DNA from: Raillietiella orientalis
Lineage: Eukaryota
DNA length: 64,000 nucleotides
Direction of reading: 5' to 3'
Assembly (NCBI GenBank): GCA_036172245.1
Contig: JAYWIR010000026.1
Location: forward strand, 868,001-932,000
Under the pieces are notes generated by a model. The model had not been told where the DNA came from. It searched no databases and was given only the letters and a program-made list of their open reading frames with translations. Shown here piece by piece: positions 47,580 through 61,400 of the stretch; the stretch's first letter is position 1; every line of letters starts with the position of its first letter. Made by a program: the position numbers and the translations under genes.

Positions 47580-48400
47580 TCTGGTGAGAAAGAGGCTAAG
47601 GTCGCCCTTACCGCGGGCTTCTGCGCCGGAACTACTCCATTCCCGTGGAAGCGTCTACTCAAGATCCTTGTTGGTCAGTCTTCCGCAGACCTGTCTCGCA
47701 TCCTCGAGATCACCGAGTCGGTCGCTCTGAAGCTCATCGGTGTCGGGAAGCGGTGAGCTGCTGCAGCAAGGGCCTCCTCAGACGTGTCCTGTCTTCTAAT
47801 TCTATCCCTCCAGTTAGCTCCCTGGACCTTCTGCAAGTTGCCTTCTTCTCCTCTCCAGAGAGTTTCCTGGTCAGGTGGATCACTCTGCCTTTCCTATTTG
47901 TCATGCACTGTAATGAACCACACTGCATTTCCTCTCGTGGCGAACTCTTTGCAGTGTCCCATCTTCAGATGTGATCTTCCACGTGTCCCACGGCGATGTG
48001 ACAAAGCATGGAATGACCAAAGTCTTCGTTTCGGATCTCCTTGCTTCCGGGCACGATTTTCAGCCGTTGGGTGCTTGGCATCTTCTTTTGCGCACCAAGT
48101 AGGGTCGTTCGAATCTCACAAGTTGTCCTTTGCCACCAGGGTTGACATCAGTCTGCTGGATCCACACACTAGCTTGCCGTGATGGCAGGGCCACTCGTCC
48201 AATTTCTTCGTGGTTTCCAGGAGTTGCTGAGCATCCGTGAGCTGGATAATCTCGATTACCGGTTGCCATGAAGGGTTCTCTGGTGCTCCCTGTCTCGTGT
48301 TCTTTATAAGATAAGTCACGACTGTTCAAACCTTTCAGTTGAGAAAATGGACAGATTCCATTGATTGCATTGTTATCGTCGCAGTACCGAATTACTTTTT
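47580..48400 (-). mobile_element. Heavily decayed RTE-like LINE remnant (post-RT region)
   Basis: Frameshifted pieces LVIPCFVTSPWDTW...HERKC...ANWRDRIR resemble the RTE consensus LVIPVLLYGCETW...FERKC...TWRDRIR. Locally higher GC. Boundaries approximate. Confidence 0.5.
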
Positions 48401-51400
48401 GAAACAACCGATGGTTTCTCAATGCTTCTGTGTCAAATTTTTAAGACGAAATGCGATATTTATGAAATGAAATCAGAATTTAGAAGAATTAGAAGAATTT
48501 AGAACAATTAGAAGAATTTCTGGCGTTTCGCACTCGTTTTGCATCGCCTACTTGGAATCAACTGAGGTGAGAAATTTCATCACGACAAGAAGTCGCAACG
48601 CCTCTGCAGGCTTCCTTCCAGTTGACCTGGATTGTATGAAATTCATTTCGTGTTTATGTTCGAGACGATCATAGGTCGAAATAATTCATTGCAACATTCT
48701 AGTGCTTTGTTCACTACTCGAGAGTGAATGAGTTTTTCTATGTGATAATCGTGAAAGTATTAGCATGAATGCTTCTCATTTTACTCTGCATTCTGATACT
48801 CAATACGCTGAAAGCAATTTCCAGAGTGTGCTTGATTTCACAAATTTCTTTCCTGTACGACCAGAAATTTTCGAATAGTCCCCACTTTATAGAATGTAGC
48901 TTATTCAAGCTTTTATACCATTTCATTGCTCCCGGATTTGTATTTATCCACTGCCAATAATTGACAAATGTTAACTTTCGTAGTGTAAACTCCCATTTCA
49001 ATTTACTCCTGATTTCAGTGCTTCCTGAGATGAAATCCCCTTCTTCCTCTGAAAATTTCACAAATATCGGAGGATACTTTCTCTTAAAAATTTCTTAATT
49101 ATGGGTTTCCATCACTCCTGAGCAGTTCTGTCGGGGCTGCTCAGCAAACCTTGATTACTTTTACCTTATCTCAGACATTTTCCTCAGACTGACGCATAAC
49201 TGCAACGTTCTAGATATTCATGCCATCTTCATAAGATGCATATTTTCCCTTCCAGTTTTGCTTTATGTTTAGCTATTTTTTTAGCATTATAATTTCCGCG
49301 ATTCCTTTCTGTGATTGCAATTACTGAAGCCACACTAATTTTTTTCGTGAGTGCTCCTGCATGTTTTTCTGGAATCTCCTCTTTCTAAAACCCGAATGAA
49401 AATCTGCGTTTTCTCACACCTGAAATTGCATTTCCTCAAAGAGGTAAAAATTTTCGAGACCAGAAGTACGTCTTATTCGTAAGTACTTCCCTTTGTCTGG
49501 GGAGCCGTGGCTTCCGCCCGCCTGCGGACTGTGACGTCATGGGCGGCCTCCCCACGGCTTTGGTAGCGTTTCGCCCATCATAACATCAGTAAATCAGGAA
49601 TTCACAAACGTATAAATGCCAGCGGAAGCACGCCAAATGGTTAAAAAAAAGATGAGATCAGTACCACATTCCAAAGTGTTGAAATTAAGTATTCTGTCGA
49701 TACGAACCGGAAAACAAGCATCGACAAAGCTATGGGGCAAGAAAATCATTTCGATTCAATATTGCCCACACCTGTTTGTCCTTGGCTAGCACCAAGGAGT
49801 AGATTTCATGAGTGGAAGTAATTTAAAAACATGATGGAAGACCTACATGATCATGTAAAGCAGTGGGTCTTTTTGAGTTGAAGGAGGGAAATGACAATTT
49901 CGAATATTCGACCTGCGTACAAGCCCTACTCAAATTTCAACTCACACTCAAGTGTGTGGATATTTTTAATCTGGTTAAATGGCATACTGCATTCTAATTT
50001 TATGTACTACTTAACAACATTACATATTTTTAGTTTGTAATGTTAAGGATATGTGAGCCTATAATTATAAGGCTTCTGCACTTGTTCCTGTGTGCTTCCA
50101 TACTCTACGAAATATAATAAGAGAATCATACTTCACGGATGTTATGGAAACATTTCAATCCCTTCCAATAAATAATGATATAAGGCCAGGTTATATTTTT
50201 CCTATCTGTATGCTTGTCCTATCCTCTGTTAAAAATCTGTTTGTTACAATTAGATGCCTATGTTACAGGAAACCACACAAAAGCTATCTTGCGATAAGTC
50301 GCATTCACTTAACAGCAATCAAACCAGTACCCTATGTAGACTGTGCATATTATATTATTAAGGGTAACCAAAATGCAATAATATCAAAGGTTATAAATAC
50401 TTTATTTTATACACCTCTATTTTAATTTATTAAATAAAAATTCCGATTTGTATCACAAGAATATTGAAGTTTTTGTTTTTACACTAACCATCTTTTGTAT
50501 GCACACTTAAAACTCTTAGAAAGGCATGGCACAACAGCTATACATGTTCTATTTTTCATTGGAAGGATGCTTTCTTAAAATGTCCTAACTGTGGAAACAC
50601 ATAGAGATTGAAGAGGTAACGCACAAAACTGCATTCTTCAACCTATGAAGCTTCCGAACATTATCATGTATTGGAAAATACTGTATACTGGCTAAAGCAT
50701 GTTCCTGAGAATATTTTTGAAAGTAGCACTATAAATTCTGGCATAAGATTGTTACCAACAAAGTCACAAGGTCTTATACCAATACTTGGACAATTCTTTG
50801 CTCACAATGCAAAACCAAACTGCAGTAAGCAATTTGATCTGTATGCAACATAAAACTGGGCACTATATCACAGCAAGTTAGCTTTTGAGTAGTAGTACTG
50901 TAAGCATACCTAGAAAGCAAAATAATAAGTAACCTTGGTTTTGTGTTACCAACCCAAGGCAAATGCAAATATAATTTTCTGTGTACAGCTCAAATGCAAA
51001 AAATCTGGCAGCATCGAACTTTCTATGCCTTCCATGGGCAAGAACAAAGCAATTACACACACAATGACACTTAGTATATAAAACATATGTAGTTCCTTGG
51101 CATTGGATGTATTGATGTTGCACACTAAAGTACATTAAGTATCTATATAGTCTACTGATAACCTTGGATACCTTCTTTAGGTTTCAGTCCACTGCTATAT
51201 GGCTCTTGTGTAAACTTGTGGGCAGATGTAGAATCCAATACTTCCTTTTCTTCAGTTTCTTTAGTTGGTTTACATGCATATACCGTAGCCATGATAATGG
51301 AGCATCCAAGTACCTAACAACACATCTATTTGTTCTTAATGTGAAAACCAGTAAATTAACTTGATACATCTTTCAAATCACTAAATGAACTTGCATTCTA

Positions 51401-51503
51401 AAGCAAAAGTTTATGAAGCACGTTTCACTGGAATGCTCATTAAATAGACAATCATTTTTATATTAACAGAAAACAATGTGTATGAAGAAATACGTTACTT
51501 TAC

Positions 51504-51823
51504 TGTTCGAATGAGGATATATGGGCAAAACCATTGTTTTCAAGTTTTACTCTGGAATTATTACCAGAAGAACTGTGGTGTACCTTATTATTATCCACAT
51601 TATTGATCTCAATCTTAAATTTATCTGAGATGTTGACGTTGCTGGTCTCTGGAAACTTGTGCTTTATTAAAATATCTGCACAATGTTGGGGACGAATTTT
51701 TCCTGAGGGATTTGTAACAGCATATTTCTCATCTGCTGTACAATACACTGAAACGAACAAAATGAGAATAATTGGGTGCAGGTACATGGATATGCAGGCA
51801 CACTCATGTATAATACATTGCAT
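51504..51823 (-). CDS. Candidate upstream coding exon (hydrophobic, signal-peptide-like N-terminus), possibly an N-terminal extension of the transporter
   Basis: 107-codon ORF in AT-rich DNA (MYLHPIILILFVSVYCTA-DEK...). Upstream acceptor TTTTCCATCAG at ~51846 and donor AAG|GTAAAA at ~51930. The donor CA|GTAAAG at 51503 is phase-compatible with the exon starting at 44150. Confidence 0.4.
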
Positions 51824-54232
51824 TTGGGCTGAAATTTCAATATTTCTGATGGAAAATTAAGTCTTGGTGGACAACAGGGAGATTAGGGTTAAAACTTGAA
51901 TTCACAAGATAGAAACGAAAGAACTTTTACCTTGATACTTTATTGCAAATGGATATGGGTTGTATACAGTTACAATCTGTTTATAACTCTCTTCATAACC
52001 TAAATAGAATTCTATGGATGACGTTGAAACAAATAGCGGTAACATATCACTTTGTGTTTTAACATGGCAAAACTTCTACGTGCTACGCCAAATCTTCATA
52101 TGCAAATGAACTTTGGAAACAATCTGGTCCAACGCCACACTTAGGTTTTAGTTCACAAAATAAACTGAATAGAAAACATTTCAATCAGAGGCAAACGAAA
52201 CGGTTGCAATCGCCCATCCGAATCGGAAACCGAGGGCCATACCCCCCCTCAGCCCACCGAACAACGCACTTTGCGCACACTTTCACCGTGATGGTCCCCA
52301 GTGATGGGGGGGGGGGAGGGGAGGGGATGGGGGCGACTCCCAAATCAAGGGAAGAGGAGACGTCTTCCTGGCGACCCGCAAGCACCGACCACGATTTCCT
52401 CTCAGCTGGGAGTTCGATTCCCAGCCACGGGAACGCCCGCTGGCGAGGGTACCTGCACCCGGACATCCACCGTACCGTACACCCCCTGCCACACCTACTT
52501 GAAGTACCACCGGTCTTTACCGTGCACCACGAATGTTTACTGCCCTCGTAGCACTCTTCTGCGCATGTTGCGTGCACTGTTTCCAAGTGCGTGCCGACGA
52601 CGGGCACTTTACCGTGGGGTGCTGCACCCATTCCGAATCGGAGTGTCCTTTGGCAACAGCCGAAGAGGAAGTGTTCAGTGTCCTCGGAAACCCCCACGCG
52701 CCAACTCGGTTCCGAGCCGGACTGAACCCTCTGGCGTGCAGATTTGTTTGCCTGATGATGTGTAAGGAAATCGCTGGAACTCCTTCCATCCCTTCCTATG
52801 CAGTGCAGCACAGTACCTCCGAAAAATGGGAACTTTTTTTTTCTTCTTCTGGTCGCCGAGGTTTATTTGCATTTCTTAATGGTGTTGGCAAAACCAGAAG
52901 CTAAGTGAGTGAGGAAACCGTTAACTTGAAAGTGCGTGTTGCTGGCACTCCAAATAATGGAATAACTGCACCTACGTTATGTAGACACTAAGAATCTCTT
53001 AGTCGACGGGAGCTTACCAAACAGAAGTCCCGCCCGCGGGCGTGTACATGGATACGTACACGTAACATAAACACATACATACGTGTGTGTGTGTTTCCCA
53101 GCAGCCACTATACATTCAGAGGAATCAATCCATGTACCCAATTAAGTTTTCTAGGTGTTAGGACTGAGGGAACTCTCAACACGTACGTGCTCTGCACTAT
53201 TGTACTGTGCTTGGTGTTCTACGATTGATGAGAGTAGCAAGTCCACCAATAAGATGGGAAAAGTGCAATTCATCTTTAAGCAAAGAGCAAGCACTTCGAC
53301 TCTCGAGTGAACATCTGAGGCATTTGCTACAGACATGATGCAAAACGAAAGTTACAGCATGAAAGCAAAACACAATCAAATCAAGAATTCTTAAACTTTC
53401 ATTCAGGGATATCAAAGGCCACAGCTGCCATGTATGATAATAAGGAACTCCTTTAAATCCTCCACGGCGTCCTAAGAGATCACAGTAGCTCTCCGGTTAA
53501 CTCCTCTGCTTGTCTCTTGAAAATTTGGTGAACAAAATGAAATCCTGGCTTGGCATAGAAATGCGGCTTGGATTTCAGGAATGAAAATGTGCATTTTACT
53601 TGGAAATACTTCCTCTCTATCAGATTTCTACAGATTCGGAATAAGCAAGTTTGAAAACTATTGGTTTGAATTAGAATCAATGTTTTGACTCTTAGCTCGC
53701 TGTGAATCAGAAGGCATACAAAGGCTGATCGTTTGATAACATGACGGCGATGTTACTGAACACCTACAAGTCAATCATTTTTCTTTGAAAATAATATATT
53801 CACATGTTACTTTCAAGAACTACATAACTTTGCACTTCAAAAAAGATATGCACGTGCACACGTGGCAGTGCAAGGGAAAACAAGAAAACAAAAGCTTACT
53901 AAAGTTGCATTTTTCTGGTTCCTGAAGTCTGAACACGTTGTACACAGCAAACATCTCCGATTATTTATAATGGGGCTCACTCGGTTTGGGGGAAGGCACA
54001 AACAAGGTGGGGACTTTTTCGTGTTATCAGCTGTTGCGTGAAGAAGATCCACTCTGCTTTATACAAGAGAGAGCATATTATGAGTAGTGGTTTATTATTT
54101 GGACCAATTCAACAACCCAACTGCACTGATACTTTTGAGGAGAATAGTACACCATCTGTGCAATCAGGGCGTGAGACTAGTCACACCAGTTTGTGGCAGC
54201 ATCAATGAATGAGTTGATTGTGCAAGTTTGAT

Positions 54233-54293
54233 TATACACAAATCGTTGTTTGGCAACCATGACTTGTGGTTGCCAAACAACGATTTGTGTATA
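54233..54293. repeat. Perfect 27-bp inverted repeat with 7-nt loop
   Basis: TATACACAAATCGTTGTTTGGCAACCA-TGACTTG-TGGTTGCCAAACAACGATTTGTGTATA. Confidence 0.93.
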
Positions 54294-54591
54294 CAGTGCC
54301 TAAGCAACCTCGTCACGGAAGCCTCCTGCACGAGCCTACTAAATGAGTTTCCAGGCATCACGAGAGCATCAGATACCGTGCTCCACTCCTTGAGGAGTGT
54401 TTTCTGAGCGTCTTACACCAAACAAAGACGTGTTTTGGAAGCGTATTAAGGCTTCGAGCAAAGAAACACATTATCGATTCATACTGAGTTAATTGCCCCA
54501 GTGTCTGCATGCCAGGTTGAGAACAGTCGCATATCATGGGAGAGCACGAGGGAGAAAGTTCCAAATCGCACACCTGGTGCCTAATTTTGCT

Positions 54592-54622
<31 letters not shown>

Positions 54623-57251
54623 TTCTCTGATGGGAAGCACTTCCAGGATAAAACAAGTGTCAGCTGGAATGATTCGCTCTCCTCTCTCAGGAACTGAATG
54701 CAACTGAGCATCGTATATCCCGACAGGTTGGGGCAAGCTCCACATTGATTCCTTCCTGTAAGGAGTATTCTGAACAGACAATCCCTGATCCATGGACTGG
54801 TGGAGACGAGAATGGTCCTATGACCATCGGTGCCCTTGATTGAAGCTCAACTTTTTATAAGGAAGAAGGCGCTGTGTACAGTGGCTGTTGTGGATCTTGA
54901 GGGATCCCAGCAGGGTAATCTTCTGTCTTCTTTCCCGGGTGCTGCCAAGTTTCACACGTCGTCCTATAGAATAAGGCATAGGCAGTGGCATGCATTTTGC
55001 TTTGAGGCAGTCGAAGCATCCAGGGTGTCCTAGCTGGAATTTTGTGAACGGTCCTAACGCTTGCTCTTTTATTTTGAGACTCTGGTTTGCATGCACGAGA
55101 TTATGTAAAGGTGGAAAATACATCTTTACTGAATGTTTTCATATTATTTACGTGTAATTATAAATGTGATAAATTCATATTAATGGCTGTGTCACTGAAA
55201 GTACTCATGTAATCTTAACAAAACATATTTGACCCATGTTTAGGAAGTATAAGCACGTGCAACGTAAAGCTCTTGGAACTATGAAATCTGAATAAGAATG
55301 TGGAAAGCATCTGATCAGAATTTATCCAAACTTTTCATGCTTTAGCATTGAAAGTAAAAAAAAAAAAAAAAAAAAAAAAATGATACCGCTATGAAAATTC
55401 AGCTGAATTGAAGCTGAAGGCAACATAATTGTATGAAATTGAATTTAACGATGGAAGTTCAAAGCCGATTGGATGTTTATTCTAAGGGTGTCCCCTTAGA
55501 ATACAATGAGAGCAATTTTCTGATTACTACGTATCCTTATTTTGTAGAAGATGTTTGGTGAAATACTGAAAGTAGTCAGTCCACAATGATTTGTTTCTTT
55601 CATGTGACTCATGCTAACAAACTGTTCTTCTTGGATAAACTAATGCAAAGATCTGCCTGCATGAAGATAGAAACGTATTTGTATAAAAAAGGCGAGAGAA
55701 AAATAGAAGATCCTGCTCATGTGTAATCAAATGTTTGAAAAAGAGGTTTGGAACTTTATCTCCACAGTTATGGATGCCTCGCCAGGAAAGTGATAACAGC
55801 GATGGGCGGTCATTGCAAACAGAGAATTCGTTTGGCTATTGAGCCCTGTGGATGAGAATCTAATTCTAAACGGATTCGGAAGAACTCCGGAACCATCCAC
55901 ATGCTTTCCGTTAAATGGGAGGAATGAGAAAATCATTCAATTAATGCCTGCGTCAAATGTGCTGCCAGCTGCACCAGAGCAGAGTCCTCACTTTGAGATT
56001 TCGGTTACTGATTATTTTGCAAGCTTGGCTGCAAAGGTTGATGTTTCCATGCCGACGTTGGTTAATGTAATAGCTATTCGTGCTATTCGTGGACGTTCTC
56101 TGTTAGTGATACATTCTGTATGCTGTATGTGACTTCATGAGAGTCGAGTCTAGCAAACCGAATCCTAGCAAGCAAAACGACGCCAAGCTCACGCAAATGC
56201 CACCGGGGAGGAAAAAATGGTCCATACTAAGTAGAACAGGAAAAAGAATCATCCTTGGAATAATAAGGTACACTTTTTTTGTATCTGACCCACGCTATCA
56301 CTTTTCCTCTAAGCAGTCTTTGTGACATTTTTCAAATTTTGGGTATCCCAAGAATTTGCCCGCTTCAAGAGTTGAACAATGTTGGGTACATAATGATACA
56401 GAAAAGAGTGTACTTGATACTGTCTGGGGTTCAAGCCATTCCCTGCATCTTACAGTATGTGAATGAATAAAACACTTTCGTAACATAAAAATCCAAGTAC
56501 TATAACACTTACCAGTAAATGCAGCGCATGCATCTGTAAATGCGTGTGAGTACGCACGTATGTATGGAAGTTTCCATGTCAGACTGTACCAACGTGTGTA
56601 CATCAGTTGCATTTGTATGGATGCATCAGTTTAAACCAGCATACTTTTGAAATGGATGCAAACCCAAACTCATCCTGAAGCTTAGATGCTACCAGAAATC
56701 CATACAAATATTATGCTTGTGTTTATTTTAAAATATCTACTGCTTAAATGTTTTCGATGTATGAAAAAAAAAAAAAACCCAGAGATTGTGTGATTAATTT
56801 AATAGCCGGCGAGGTAAAGAAAGTCCACATGAGCAGCTGTGGATTTCCCTTTAATTTACATTGCTTGTTTCTTCAGAACATGCAAACCAGAGCACATTAT
56901 ACACAAGTGCATGTCTTGGGCTTCTTCGACGTGCATACACGGATACCAAGTTTTTCTTTTTTGTAAAAAAAATTACCTTTATGTTAAAAAGAAAAGAAAA
57001 TTCGAGTACTTCACATCTCATGCATGAATGACAGTACGTGACGTTCGCAATTTTGTGCTGAATAAGTTTGAACAGTGCTTTCAAAATAAATAATGGACTT
57101 TTATTGGAAAAACTGCACCATGGGAACCGATATGCTTTGATATTAAAACGAATCTTTGATGACAAACCCTAAGATAATTGCAAATGCATCAAGGAGGAAC
57201 AAGAAAAACTGCTGCTTTTTAAAGTGTTTCAAAGACACCATTCATAGTTAA

Positions 57252-57259
57252 TCTCTCTT

Positions 57260-57294
<35 letters not shown>

Positions 57295-57305
57295 TACACA
57301 CACAT
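57252..57305. repeat. Compound (TC)n(AC)n microsatellite
   Basis: Read directly from the sequence. Confidence 0.9.
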
Positions 57306-58499
57306 ATGGACATATAGGAGATCCACATAGACACTGTTCATAACCTCAAACGATCTAAGCAAAGTTCCTTTTTGTCAGCAGTGTAAATAAAGCAGTAGCA
57401 ATCATGAATATAAGGTACATGCCAATAAGAGAAATAGCAGAGTTTGCAAATATGCCTGGGAAGAAAATTACGGTTTTGACTTGAATAACCTCTATCTTTA
57501 GCTTTTTTGTGAATTCTTCTGGGTCTATCTTTTATTTGTTCTAGGTGCACACAATCAAAAGGAGTGGGATGTATTCTTTGGTCATTCTACTTCGATCTCT
57601 CTTTTCGTATTGAAGATGTTCAAGAAATTCGAGGAATGTTAATTTCTGATTGATCATGGTGGAATAATTAAATGAACTTGCAGCAGTCAATATGAAATGA
57701 TGGCGATCAAAGACCCCCCCCCCCATTAGGGAATCACTGGGTGCTTCAGATGCGGCGTTCTACTCTGTTATGCTGCCAATCTGAAATGCTCAGGATTTCA
57801 AAAAAAATCGTATGAGAACTCAATTTGTAACTTTGCTTCTGTCCCCCAAATCGTGTAAGATTCTTCTTTAAGAGCTTGTCAGGAACTCCGGTGTGCACAG
57901 CGGCAATCGAGAAACACTCCAGTAGCGACATTTGGGCTCTTAAGCAAAGCAAACGCAATCACAAATTCCAAACCTTTGGATTTCATTCCTCCTTCTTGTC
58001 TTTGTAATACGTTTCCCACCTTTTTTGCTTCTTTTTCCTTTTTTCTTTTCTTTGGCCCACCCGATCTCTGTTAGCCAAAAATTTTGGAGATTTCCGAAAG
58101 TTCCCTTGTTTTCTATTTCGTTCCCCGGACACAAATCACGTGATCTCGTTTCTCTGAGAGCTTTGAATACCTTCGAAATCTCAAACACGCGAATCCTCTG
58201 AGAACCTCCAGAACTTTGTTTCGAAGTATCTTGCCGAAGTATGAAATTGTTTGAAATTGTCTTCAGAATTAATCTGCGAGGCTGAGGCAATCCCGAGATG
58301 CGACTTTTTGAACCACTTTTTCTTTTTTTTCTACCTATGCAGAAGAGTATGCTGCAGTTCCGACTCTCTACATGGTAACATGTAGAGAGTCACTGCTTTA
58401 CGTTTTACTCTCTAGTTTACGTTTTCTGCTTCAATTTCAAGGGCAAGAGAATTTTTCAGATCAAGAACGTTGTTGATTGTGAGAATTCTTGTGTGGATC

Positions 58500-61400
58500 T
58501 CAACAGTCAGGAAAACGAAACCCAGCTCATTGCCTGGCTTCTCAATCAAGGAGAAATCTCACACGTGACATCCGCCTCTCCTAGAGCACTGCTTCTGTGG
58601 CTTCGGCTGCTGCGAAGCGATCGAGCAAGATCTTGCACCCATTCTCTCTGTCTCTGACAGTTGGTAATTGCAGATTCAAAGATTCCTTCGCTTAAGAACT
58701 TCATTTCGGACAGACGAACCTCGGCTTTCTCTTTGCAACAGCACATCTCATCCCAAGACCTGGGGAGAGAAAGGCGAATCCCGGGTGGATACCAAAGAGG
58801 GGGATCTGAGGAACCATGACTGTTTTCAGACAGTCAATCCACACGAATCTTCAGAGCGACTCCTGTAAAGAACTGTCTTTGAAGAACCACCACAGGGAGC
58901 AGGATTGGAAATGATTATTGGTGTTCTTTCATCACTCCCTAGTCGTGCCACCACGTTCTCAGGGAATCCTGAAGCGGAGGGTTTGTCATTGCCTGAGAGC
59001 ACCTCTGGCTAACATTTTCCCACTCTGTTTCTCACGAGGCAGGGTTCAAGCTGAGGAGAGCAACTTGCCTTTGCCGCGGAATACTTCTTCCGGAAGCCCG
59101 AAATAATCTTCAAGGACAGTTCAGTGGCACGATCGTTTCAAAGGTCCATCGCGCTTCACTAACAGCAACAAGGGCATCACAGAATGAAGGACTTTTTTCC
59201 TTCATTCCACGAGCGCGGTCACACAATCGCCACTCTCGAAAGTAACGCACTTGGCATGCAACGGGCGACAACACGGAATCCCGAAGGGGAGCCAAGGGAT
59301 TCACAGTAAGTTTTCCCAGCACGAATCGCCGAAGAAGAGGTGCATTTGTGCTTGGCAGCGGCTCCATGAGCCGAGAGAGGATTTGGCGCATGGAACGCCA
59401 GCAAATAGACGTTCTCTGACGTTAACGTTCGACTCCGCCCGAACCATTCTGAAGGGAAGGCAGCGGATGACTTGGGAAGATTCGAATCTGTGGTGCTCGG
59501 TGCTAGAAATCCAGTTGCCTTCTCGGTAAGCATTGCCAGAACGAGAGAGTGGGATACGAGAATGCTTTCTGGATGAGCACCGAAGAAGGAAATCTTAGGC
59601 ATCTATCTTGGCAAAATCGGCATCTTATTTGCTTAGGGAACCCTCGATCCGCCACGGGCTGTTTCCTTCTTGTTGCTGGATTCCATTGCTCCCCAATTGA
59701 TGGCGGATTTGTGGAGGTACCCTTCTCGGAGTGCCTTCCTATAGTGTATGTCTACACGGAGGAAACGCCCTCATGCCTGCGCCATCCACGGAAACAAAAC
59801 TTCGTGTTGAAGCAGGCAGCTTCGAAGGTAAAGCATAGCTAAGACGAGAAGACCACTCAGCAGGAACCTCTCTCTAAAGAAGGGGGAAAAAAAAGAAATT
59901 CCAAAAAGGGGGCTAAGCTCCAGACTCAAAAGGCGCTGAAGTTTATCGGACTTCCTCAGTTGAGAACACCGTTGCGATGACGTTGCTGTTTGTTTCCCAA
60001 ATCTGTACCAGACGCATTTTGCTTTTTCGTGTAAGCGAAAAGAAGAAGCTCATTCGTTACAGAAAGCTCCAAAGCTTGTTTGAGGCTCTTGCCTCGGCAG
60101 TTTTTCCGGTATTCTTTTTTTTAAATAACTCAGGTTGGGACACAGATGCATATGACTGCCTGAAGATGAAAAGATCGCTTTCCCTTACATAGCATGATGG
60201 CATGGCGCTGCCATCTATGAAGGGTGCAAGGAACGTTCAGAGTGACAGTCTCTGCGTGCTGTTCAGGTTTCCTGGGTACTCCTAGTGAGAGATCCAAGGA
60301 TTTCTCACTGGGGAAGGGAGGGGAGTGGCACATGCAAAGGAATTGTGTGACTTGACTAATCGTTCGTCACCTGGTTGCGCAGGACCTACCAACTGCACCT
60401 ACTATGCGGAAGTGGGAAGAAAAAAATACGCGAAAGTGCTTTCCGGAACGCGAAGTCTGAGATTTTTGCCTCGGCTCCTTACCCTCTTTTCTCGTGCACA
60501 GCTTCCTGAGAAGAAGTGTCGTTTCGATTGCTTCCGGATCTACAGACATCGTGGTGTGGATGAAAGTGAAGTGTTGGAGCATCGTACCACTGACCTTTAT
60601 CCATCTTTTAGTAATGCATGGTAATTCTGCGAGGCAGCATTCGCAAGCGGAGGCTTACGAAAAAACTCACTCTTCTCGACTGACATTTTCTGACTCTTCA
60701 TACTCTTCATTTTCGGAAAATAAAAAATCGTTGTCACAACTTAGATCTCTACCATAAAAGCTTCCACGAGTTGAACGCGAATTCCATTCTAATGGCACCA
60801 CCACATGCGCAGTCAGCAATCTCGTAGAATGCTCACACGACGGTGCTTTCGTGCTCGAATCCCTGTGAATGGTTGTGATGGCTTCACTCATTTTCTAGTG
60901 CAACAGAACTTCCAGCGTCCGTTCTTGGGGGATACTTTTTTCTCTTCCGGTTTGGTAATCGGAATCATTAGTCACAGTTCAGTCGACTGCCAGCATCGGT
61001 GGAACGAAATTTCAACACGCTTGTGTGGATTTCTCCGCTGCACTTTCGCAGCTTTTTGTCAGTGTGGTTAACTACTCACTTTCCCCCTCGAATCGTCGAG
61101 ATGCAAGCCACTTCTTGAGGTGCAGGAAGATGTGGTAGTCACTGGACGAGAGATCAGGACTGGGTGATCAGAAGGTTCCATTTGAATTTCCGAATTTTCT
61201 GGAATATGCGAACAACATGTGTTGCGAAGGCAGGCAGCAGTGTGTGGGACCAAAAGGGGGGAGCCTGGCACAACCATCACTTCGCAAATCATCTGTGTAG
61301 AAACACTTTCAAAACTGCGGAGTGCCATTCAGAACCGACGACATGGGATGCTGTGATCAGGACATTCACGCATGCCTTCGCAACACGTGTCCGCATGTCC

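Noticed and set aside
52185..52904. GC-rich patch with 100-200 aa ORFs
   Set aside because: No recognisable protein motif. It may be a promoter region or repeat, but I cannot support either call.
54594..55380. Poly(T) at ~54594-54621 and poly(A) at ~55356-55380 as retroposed tails
   Set aside because: I could identify no TSD or element body.
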